Shown here: positions 1 through 10,900 of the stretch, one piece after another | Layout of the letters: every line of letters starts with the position of its first letter | How positions within the stretch are numbered: the stretch's first letter is position 1 | Source: Chrysomallon squamiferum | Taxonomy: Eukaryota > Animalia > Mollusca | NCBI GenBank assembly: GCA_012295275.1 | Contig: CM022679.1 | Coordinates: forward strand, 24,118,001-24,182,000 | Direction of reading: 5' to 3' | DNA length: 64,000 bases | Notes under the pieces: generated by a model | What the model was told of the DNA's origin: nothing | The model's database searches: none | What the model saw: the letters and a program-made list of their open reading frames with translations, nothing else | Position numbers and translations under genes: made by a program

Positions 1-3
1 TAA

Positions 4-44
<41 letters not shown>

Positions 45-226
45 TTTTAATAATAATAATAATAAAATAATAATTTTAATAATAATATTAATAAAAATAA
101 TAATAACAATAACAGTAACAGTAATAGTAATGAAATCTGTAAACTGTGAAAAACAGTACAAACACACAGTACGTCTATAAATAAATGCTTCTTTGACTTT
201 CTCTCACTATCTGTCACGTTACTTAC

Positions 227-283
227 CCTCATTACTGTCAGCAAATACTCCAGGGATCGAGTAACTGAAAACGGATTACTAAG
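227..283 (-). other. Candidate 57-bp exon of a gene extending left out of the window
   Basis: ttttctctcttcttcacag acceptor and AGG|gtaagt donor; only phase 0 is open (LSNPFSVTRSLEYLLTVMR). Confidence 0.35.
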
Positions 284-1130
284 CTGTGAAGAAGAGAGAA
301 AAATAATATGTATGGTAAATGTCACAACAAAATGTCTCGTATTAAGACAGGTATGGAATTTCACTTCGTTTCCGACCGACTTAATGATCTAACATTTACG
401 TACACTTCTTTTAACTATAGAAAGCTGTAGTTTGATGAGTTACACGTAGGAGGGTCAGTGCGCTTAGTTTAATAAAAAAAATAAAAAACCTTCTATTTTG
501 TGCATTAATAGTCATACATTGTGTATGAGATAGTGTGTGTGTGTGTGTGCGTGCGTGCGTGCGTGTGTTGGAGTCAGAATGTGTATTTTTATTTTTGTGT
601 CCGTGTGTGGATGTGTTTTATGGAAACATAACGTATGTCCAAAAACCAAATCGTGTTTTCATCAATCCACCCAACTACAAAAAGATATTCAGGGACGTAA
701 GGACTGATACAAACAGAAGAGAAATTTTAGCCGGCGTCAAACTCGACGTTGTCATGTTGAAGACTACGCCAGTGAAATGGTTTCTGTGGTAGGTCAGGGG
801 AGACGACCCTCTAATTAATCAAGCAGATGTTAGCGCTGCTGTGTGCAGACGTGTTATTTTTCTTATAGTCGTCACACTGTGTAATAATGTGAAATGTATT
901 TCCTCGTCTTAACGCCAGAGTCAGCGTAACAGATGTTTGTGTAATGTATTTAATTACTTTGTTTTCAACCGTACACAAAGAGGGTACCTATTAAAATATT
1001 ACTTCCGTTTAAAATACAAACAGAAATACACACAAAAATATACATACATACATACATATATATACATACATACAGATATACATATATTTGTGTGTATTTG
1101 TATATATATATGTATGTATGTATGTATCTA

Positions 1131-1185
<55 letters not shown>

Positions 1186-1186
1186 A

Positions 1187-1221
<35 letters not shown>

Positions 1222-2225
1222 TAATTTTCCTAAATCTTTTTTAAACAGTTAAATAGGAAAAAATAAGGAGAAAAAAAAAAAATGAAATTCTGGAACTGAT
1301 TATTTTAACATGACAGATAAATTACAACAGATGCTATATTACAAGGTTATTAAATTTCGCTTACATTCAAAATATTTCAAAATACTTATAAGGTTACAAA
1401 AACATACAGATTCTGCATTTCTAGCGTTACCCTTTTAAAACTCGCATATTTTCTTGATAGCTTTCTCTAACAAAAAATGTGTGGAAAATATTTTCAAATT
1501 TTGTGGTTTTGAACTTTGTTACATAATAAAAAAACAAATTAACAGGAAACATGGCAAGTTTGTTTTACATATTTTAGGTTCCATTTTAAATGAAATTATG
1601 TATATTTATAAATGTTTTAAAAAAAAATTAAAATAAACAAGTTAAAAATGATAAAGTTACATATATTCATTCATGTATATAAAACAAAATAAAATAGTGA
1701 ACGAACGTTAGGGAAGACAGAAAGAAAGACTGAAAGACAAAAGAAAAGACAGAAAGAACGAAAGAAAGACGGAAATATAGAATAAAACTATAACGAAAGT
1801 CAGTGAAGACAGACCGAAAGAAAGAATGAAATTAAGTGAAAAGGGACAGAACGAAACAAAAAGAAAAAGAAATTACAGGATTAAAAGATAATAAGAATGA
1901 AGGATTAAAAGTTGTCCATTTTCTAATCGAACTGAAGTATCTGTTGTTGACAGATAAAGAATGGACTTGACTGTAATCTGTTTTAGAGATAACGGTTGTT
2001 GTAAACGTGATGTATTGTTATGTTAATTAACTTAATTTACACAGGACAGTCACACGTCCAGTCAACTTCCACTCTCCAGGGGGAAAAAACAACAGAAATA
2101 AAGAATGTTAGAAATTTTTTTTTATAAAGAATATTACAGAGATATAGTAACCCCAAAATCAGTTATCTACTAAATTAACCACCTAAAAGACCAATAAAAT
2201 TAATCAAATAATAATTCGATGTATT

Positions 2226-2268
<43 letters not shown>

Positions 2269-3443
2269 AATGTTATAGCTAGAAGTTGTAGTAGCTGTAA
2301 TAGTAGTAGCAGTAGTATAGTTGTTGTTTTGGTAGAAGTAACTGTAACTGCATTGCTAGAAATAGAATTAGTTATCGTTGTAAAAGTAGTAGTAGTAGTG
2401 TAGTAGATATATTAATACACTATAGTTTAAAAGATACTAGTGGTAATTAGAGTAGTAGTAATAGATGGAAAAGTAACAAAACAACCAGTAGATGTTGCAC
2501 TTCTTTAGTAATAGAAGTAGATGTGTAGATGTTAGTAATAACAGTAGTAGCTTAGGTATTATTATTATTGCTGTTGTTGCTGTTGTTGTTGCTGCAGTAG
2601 TTGTTGCTATTTATGGTGGTGATGTTGTTTAAAATATCCACTATCTTACAAACCGAATAAAGTCCGTACAAAAAAAGAAGAAAAAAGTACTAATCTCTTG
2701 TTATAATTCAATTTCACAGCAAATAGCCTCGCTGATTCCTTCGTAATTACTGAATAATACAACAAAATGGAGAAATAAATCTTCTTGTAATACTAACTAA
2801 TCAGTTCAGTGTTTGTCTCTATAGAGCCAATTTGCGGTCATTCCTGGAACACAGAAATAGACATCAGAGGAAACAAGTTCATGGTATTACAGTCATCGAC
2901 AAATACATGTATGAATGCACTGATAATTAGTACATTACTTCGTTTCGATTCGGAGAAACGGAGACTTGTATTTTTACGACAATTGTCGTGTTTCAGTGAC
3001 CGTTACAATAGTCTCGTTACAACGCATCCTGTTAAGGAAGAATAATCATGTACAGCCTAGTTACTTAACAGTGGGAGATTTTTATTTTGTACTTTGGTTT
3101 GCTTTCTTTAAGTTTTTCTTTTAGTTTTTCACAAACATATATATTTTTTTCTTCCTCTTATGCCTCTTCTTTTCCTTCTTAGTACAGTAGGTATAATAAA
3201 AAAAAGAAAGAAAAAACAACAACATTAATACGAGATCACTGGGTACAGTAACAGTCAGGTAACTTGGTGCAATTTGCTTTGCTACGTAAATATTTCTACG
3301 AGTGAACAAGACACAGAACAAAGCAAAAATACAACAAATGCAGTTTTATATATATCTAAATGCATATTTATGCAAACAATAGATAGCTAGGTAGATAGAC
3401 AGATAGAAAGATAAATAAACAGAAAGGCAGACAGTCAGGCACA

Positions 3444-3476
<33 letters not shown>

Positions 3477-4388
3477 TAGAACATACATACGTATATACAT
3501 ACATACATACATACATATATGCATACATACATATATATATATATATATATGCATACCTACCTACCTACCTATATACATTCATACATACACATATACATAC
3601 ATACATACATACATACATATACGCATGTACATACCATGTCCAGCAGAGCATACACACATACATAAGTGTGTATGTCTGCAGGTATGTAAATGTATATCAT
3701 ATATATCTGTCTTTACATTCATCAGTCTAACTATTTCTGCGTATTTCATTATGTACGAAAACAGTTCCAGACATTTCCATCTTCTTCCTTACTTTGTTCT
3801 AGCCAGCATATGTGTATCAGTAAAATCAAAATGCCAAATTCAATAGAGAATTAATGGCGTAAACAGACTGGTACCACGTCGTTCAAAGACAGCATCGAAT
3901 AGTTTCTGTGTAATTGAGCACGAATACGCAAGCGCAACAAACGGCGAATTCCAGTGCACGCGAAGAGCGAATGTTTGTCGTTCACGGCGTGAAATAGCAA
4001 CACAATTCCGCAGACTGCATCCACTCTCCTTCTTAAAGCATGATGAGTTTATTTGTGACAGATGGGAAGAAACAATACGCAGTTGAAGATACCTGAGTGA
4101 GACAGGCAGCTGGGCGAAAGGACACATGCAGGAGTTCGTTGTTTTGTTTACGGTCTTGCTAAATAAACGTACACATGCATTTAGGCTCGCTTAAGACACG
4201 CGGTTAAGTTTGTGTATCTAACAAAACATTATCGTTACAGACCGTGCAAGGACGCAAAAGGTAAATACGATAGGAATGAAAAGTAGTTTTTATGGGGTTA
4301 TGCTATGGTAGTCCTAGATATGACTTTGTATGCATAGGTAGATAACAATAACAATGCATTTTCGGTTTGTTTTTGCCCTTTTTATTTT

Positions 4389-4474
<86 letters not shown>

Positions 4475-4740
4475 AGAAGAAGAAGGAGGCACTGTTGAAA
4501 TATTATATTACTAACATGGCTTTCTTTTTCTGACTCCTACAGTTGGTGCCGAAAGATTTTTTAGGTAATAAATACAAATGCTACAACATTAAAGAAACAA
4601 AAAATATAAATAATCTCTCAAAAACAAATGTCAAAATGAATTTGAACTTTTTCAGAAACAAAATCTTGTTATTCGAAATTAGAACCTCAAAGAAAATTCT
4701 CACGGGACGTTCGCAGGTGATAATAGGATGAAAAAGCAAA

Positions 4741-4789
4741 ACCGGAAGTTGCTCGACGCCATTCTGCCATCAACAACTTAGTGACGTCA
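4741..4789. promoter_or_regulatory. Housekeeping-type promoter motif cluster (ETS, YY1-like, CRE)
   Basis: ACCGGAAGT at 4741..4749, CGCCATT at 4757..4763 and palindromic TGACGTCA at 4782..4789, in a CpG-rich patch. Confidence 0.5.
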
Positions 4790-5653
4790 TCATCATACAA
4801 TCAATGTCTACGAGCAATTAATTCGTTTAGAAGTCCTCGGGGATTTGCAATCCTCCAAAAAATTTGTAATATAAAACAATTTGGCGTCTTTATTGAACAA
4901 TCGAGCAATTGGCAAGACATGGATGTTTTGTTTAATTAAGAATACACAGGAGATTGAAGGGGGTGATGCGGCCGTAGTCACGCGGATGAACAAAGAATTA
5001 GTTGTGACAAAGCACACGATTGGTTTACGCATGACTCACCGCTTACTTCATTAACGAGCTCGAGAAAATTTCAACACATTCCCAACTTTTATGTTTACTA
5101 GTCATTTGTCGAATTATGGTTTTGGAAATTAAATAATTTATTAATTAATTATAGCGCAAAATTAACTAATGTGGTAATTTGACCAGAGCAAATATTTAAT
5201 AATAATCGATATATATATTTTTTTAAGGGCTTCTGTCAGATATAAGGTTGCCTCAGCTCCCAGGTTCAAATAAGGTCGAGCTACCTTATATATTCGTACG
5301 ACGTCATTATTATTAGAGATTTTGTTCAAGCCCAAACACGTCTGGGACCGATAGTTGTAAATTAATACTAATTAGTTTTATTATTAAATCACGCAGTACA
5401 CGTATTCCTAAGTATACATTATAGTATATCAGAAACTAATTTTCATTTTGTAAACTGGCGTATTAAATTTTTATCAGAAATATCAGTTTGTATCTATATT
5501 TATGATAAAAAAATTTTTTAATAACGATGGCATTTCTGAAGACTTTCATGTTTTAAATAACATGGCTAAATCTAAATTCCAGACTGGGTACATAACTAAA
5601 ATAATTATTTTTCAGTATTTTCTTAAAGGTGGGTATATTATTTATTTATTTAA

Positions 5654-5718
<65 letters not shown>

Positions 5719-6381
5719 TACTGCAATTTGACGATTTTCAGTTTTTAATTTGTTTTGGGTTTTTTCTAGAATTACCAATGGTGCTGTTGCTAATAATAAT
5801 ACTATTGATATTGCTACTGCTACTACCACCACCACAACCGCCACCGCCAATAACAGACAAATAAAAAATAAATAAATAAATAAATTCACGATAAATGGTT
5901 ATTAAAATCTCACTGGCAAAACTAGCTAATTTTTCCTTCACTATATATAAAAATATTACATATATAAAAAGTTACATATATAAAAAGTTACAAGGAAAAT
6001 GATATGTTTTCGAAACTCTTGAGGAAACGACAAAACAAGCAATCATTAAACGGAAAAAATAATGACGTCTGCAATATCGTTTACGATTTCAATGAATATC
6101 ACATTACAGTTATAATGATGTATCGTAGGTGTAGCAAAGTGCATAAAGTATGAAATAATTATAAATTGTTTCACACGTATACTGAAACAAAATATGAAGT
6201 CGACCTCCGCTTCATAAATTAAAAAATTTAATTTTATACACTGAAAGTTGAAAGAAAGAAAGAAAAATTAGAACCAGGATCTCACATTGAGGAAAACAGT
6301 ATAATTATATCTATAGCTATTTGAGTATGAATGCTTTTTCTTCTTTTTCTTCTTTTGTATGTTTCTGTGTCTATTCATTAG

Positions 6382-6414
<33 letters not shown>

Positions 6415-7169
6415 CCAGAGCAATTATAATTTGAGAAAATTATAAAATAAAATAAAATAAAATAAAATAAGATAAGATAAATACAAAAACCAGTGAAAGG
6501 ATAAATGGATGGAAAGAAAATAATAAATAAATAAATAAATAAATTTATCTTCCTGGTTTGTATTCATATATATTTTTAAAAACCCTACAGTAGGATAATG
6601 TCTGCAAAAATCCTTTATTGATAAAAAGGAAAATAAAAGTGTAACGTATCACTACTAGGTGGTTGCGTGTTTAGCCTTTTGTGTTTGTGGGACATAATCA
6701 CAGTAAAGAAAGTCAGCAATGCCCTATTTAGCCATGCGGGTATTTTATTTTTATTTTTATTTTGCTGTCAGACTGCGAACATAATTTAAACTCGATCTGC
6801 CGTTTAACACATCCATTTGCCGTCTTTCAGAAAATGCGGTCGAAATTTTATAAATATTGTTGAATCTCCGCTGACTCAGTATAAATTCAAGTTCTATCAG
6901 GGTAAGTAAAAGAAGTGAATTTAAACTAAATTTAGTTCTCTACATAATTCTACATTGTTTATTTAAATCCACCACACACGCACAATATAAAGAAAAGAAA
7001 AAGACAGAAAGGCATCTAAGGGAAAGAAATCTTGTTTCACGATTACTAAATACACCTACAAAGTTATCGTTCTTTACCTGCGCTACTATCGTTGTTGAAA
7101 ACAATGTTCCAGCAAATATTATTATTTTACACCTGAAAATCTTTGGTACTTTTGTATAAATGCACCTTA

Positions 7170-7200
<31 letters not shown>

Positions 7201-7447
7201 CTTTTCACAAGATTCATCCACTAATTTAATGCAGTCAACACATAATTATAAATCAATTAATTAATAACAAAATTACGAAAGTGAATAAAAGCTGGCTGAT
7301 TTGGTTTTTTCTTTGTATATTCCTATACTAAATAATAAAACATAAAAATATTATTAACAATAATAATTTAAAAACTGATTTTAATAATAGCAAATATGAA
7401 GTATATTTTGAAACTAAATGACAACATCTGTCTCATGAGAACATCTT

Positions 7448-7453
7448 TTTATT
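7448..7453 (-). terminator. Candidate PPAN polyadenylation signal
   Basis: AATAAA immediately follows the TGA stop, with a GU/U-rich stretch (tgttgtcatttagtttc) about 20 nt further on. Confidence 0.4.
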
Positions 7454-7851
7454 TCATCGATTCTTTTTTGGCTTGAAATTAGTTTTTCTTTTTCCAGAGA
7501 ACTTTTTGCCTTTTGCTGTACTCATCTTTTTCCCAGCAAATGTTTTTGAACCTGGCTTTTTAGGTCTTTCATTTCTATCTTCTCTGCCTTTCTTGTTGAA
7601 TTTTTTCTTTTCTGAAAATTTATCTGATTTGTTTTTTTGGAAATGTTTTTCTGGTTTATTTTTACTTCCATATTTTCTTTTGTCAGGTTTGTTTCCACTG
7701 AAATGCTTAGACGTTGCCGTTTTCCCGTCGAAAGAGTCATCGTTCTTGTTTTTTCTGTTGGAAGAGTTGTCTCTCTTGAAGCGTTTGCCAGGAACAGCGT
7801 CTCTCATTTTCTTTTTCCTTTTCATTTGTGGTTTCTTGTTGAGAAATAAAT
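7454..7851 (-). CDS. PPAN: PPAN exon 10 (Lys/Arg-rich nucleolar-type tail and stop)
   Basis: ttcag acceptor; (D)LFLNKKPQMKRKKK...FKPKKNR*; in frame with ORF 7454..7825. Confidence 0.92.
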
Positions 7852-7900
<49 letters not shown>

Positions 7901-7907
7901 ATAACAA

Positions 7908-7974
<67 letters not shown>

Positions 7975-10900
7975 ATTAAGTTACAAGTTATGGATCCCAG
8001 AGAATTCACTTCTCTTGTAATGTTTCATTATTTAACAATTAAATTTCATTCATTCAATTATCTATTCCAGTGATGATTTATCAAATATAAATTCAGTTCT
8101 AATATTAAGAAAGAAAAAAAAAAAAAAAAAAAAAAAAAAAACATAATTGTCTTTACTTTACACATCTTTGTAGTTTTATAAACAAAAACATATTCTATGC
8201 AATATGAACAATTATAAGGTCATGCTAATGTCCTTTATCTGCTGTTGTACAAAGGACATAAATTAGATTTGACCCTTTCTGCTAATACAAGTTACACAAA
8301 TCATTAAGAACATTATACATTATTGTTTTGTTTGTGTGTTGTTTATACAAGGAAGGAAGGTAATATTTTATTTACAGTTCTATGGCATCTGATATACAGT
8401 TGAGCTCTGCCCAAGTGATGAGAGGGAAACCTGCTGTTATAGGTTACTCTCTCTGATCACATCCAACAGACAAGATAGTACATACCATGGTCTTTGTTAT
8501 ACTAATTATGGAGCTTCACTAGTTATACACAAAAAACTCTGAAACCTGATAATGCTACTAATAAAACATGAGTTGAGGTATCTTTTAGTTCTAATGAATT
8601 TCTTTTGATTTATGTTACGACAGACAGACTGGTTGATGACATTGCTAATATATCTTGTAAACAATGGTAATATATATGCTAAAGTGAGGTAATAACAAGT
8701 AATGAATATTCATCAGTACTCACCTGGATCAGGTGCAATCCCAACTTCTTTTTCATAATACGCAGCATCATCATCTTCACTCACTTCTGTAACAAAATAA
8801 AATATCACTTTAAAAACATCAGTTTACTCTCTCTGTTCTAATTTTCCAAAATCATAATTTCTATAAAAGAAATAAAATGTAAAATCCGAAGAAGAAATAA
8901 CAGCAGTATTAAAATTAATAATAGTAATAATAAGTTAATAATATCAAAGGGAATAATAAAAATAAATAACAAAAACTAAAATAACACAGACATATTTATA
9001 TCTATATATCCCTATATAACCATATATATATATATAGTTACATATATATATAGTTATATGTATATAGAAATGTATATATACATATTATTATTATCATTCT
9101 TCAAAGTTCAGCCATGTCACAATCTCAGCATAATAAGAATCAAATGTTGAACCAGCACATGTAGCAAAACCCTGAGTCTTTATTAAAATACTAACATGTG
9201 AGATTATTTCAGGAGCATTATTATCATTTTCAACATTATTAATAAAATTAAAATTAAAAAATTTACCTGAGGCACTTTTATGATCTATTTCTTCATCCTC
9301 TTCTGCCTTCTGTTTCTCTTTGGCTTTCATTCCTGCAAGACTTTTCTCTTTGTGAGCTTCTCTTGCTGCTTGTTTCTTTCTCAAATTTTCTGCTTGTTCC
9401 TCTTTACGTTTCAGCTTCAGAAGTCTAACAAATACATAAAACATGATCATCAAGATAAAGTTCAAAAATATAATGTATGTAACACCTTGATGCATCTTTG
9501 TTATTAAGTAAAAATAATGAATATAATGAGTGTTAAATACAGTTTTACACTTTGTGCTCTGTTGAGGCAGATGATTAATTATGGTCAACATTAAATCAAG
9601 AGAGGTGCAAAATATATAATTAAATCCTATTTTAATAATAAAAAGAGAATTAGTTTTATCCAGCTTTACTCTCTAAGGCTGTGATATTTATTTCACCACA
9701 TGCAAGAAGACAGATGTAAAAGATTGTTCTCTATCAGCTTGTAATATTATGGTATTAAACTGCAGACTAAAAATGTGTGGAATGTATTATTAAGTATACT
9801 ATTTCTTCCTTCCTTCCTTCACATATTAATGCTTTTATGTGAATATATTTTTAACAATGATTATATTAGTTGGTAATGTTTTGATACCTTTTCTGTTCCT
9901 TCATCTCCTTCTGTGTCTTCAAATCTTCAGGAGTCTTCTCGATAAATTCATGAAACATCACATGCCCATTACATATTCCTTCTTCTATCTTCACTAGCTG
10001 CAGTTTCAATCTAGGTCCCACCTCCTTCAGTCTGTCAAATCAAAATATGTCATCATCATCTTATTTTGATACACAGCAAACAATAAACACTCTCGTTCAC
10101 ATAACAAAATTTGTGTGTATATGTCTGTGTGTGTTTAATTTATTTGCAACATTAGAAGTGTTTTTCTTTTTGTTTGAAAATCAAAAATAATAATTATTAG
10201 ATATTTGTATATTAATTACACTAAGGTATTTGTATAATAATTACACTGATTTCATTTTCAAAATATTTATACCTATTACTATAATGTTGTCCTCTTTTCT
10301 AAAATGCATTATCTGCCCTGGATTAATTTAAAGAATAGCTAGTACTTGAAATTATGAATGTGTTGACATGAAAAGGCAATATATTACACACTTAGATACC
10401 TGACATAATAAATTATAAATTTATTGATGTTAGTGTTTAATGTAATATAAACTCAGATACCTGACAGCGCTCTGACTGAGTTTCGAGTTACCACGGCCAG
10501 CCATTTGCTGTGGTAATGTCACTTTGTTGAAATCACCGTCCATTTCAGCTTCACTCTCGGACAAGTTACCTCCCCTGAAATATTCATAATGAGCTGTTAC
10601 AAAATACATATAAAAATTTTAATAAACTAGTCACTTATTGAAATATTAATAACAAATTTAATCAGTTTGCATTATTTGAAAAAATACAAAACCAACAAGA
10701 AAACATTAATAACATCACCATTCAGACAATTTTTATGTAATTGTTACAAAGAAAACTGATATTATGAAGCACTGTGATATAGTAACTAGGAGACAGAGGA
10801 AATGTAACATATATCTATATTTATCAATTTTAAATAATTAAAAAAGCAACCATTTAAAGATGTGTATAAAAAGCAATGCAAGAAAAGTAAAAACTAAAGA

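Noticed and set aside
3840-4127. 95-aa ORF in a GC/CpG-rich patch, also open on the opposite strand
   Set aside because: No recognisable domain or splice context; more likely a regulatory island.
4192-4207. TAAGACACGCGGTTAA resembles miR-124 (UAAGGCACGCGGUGAA)
   Set aside because: There is a mismatch in the seed, and in the local hairpin the 5' part falls in the loop rather than on an arm.
7473-7859. Hydrophobic plus-strand ORFs
   Set aside because: Antisense shadows of the Lys-rich PPAN last exon.
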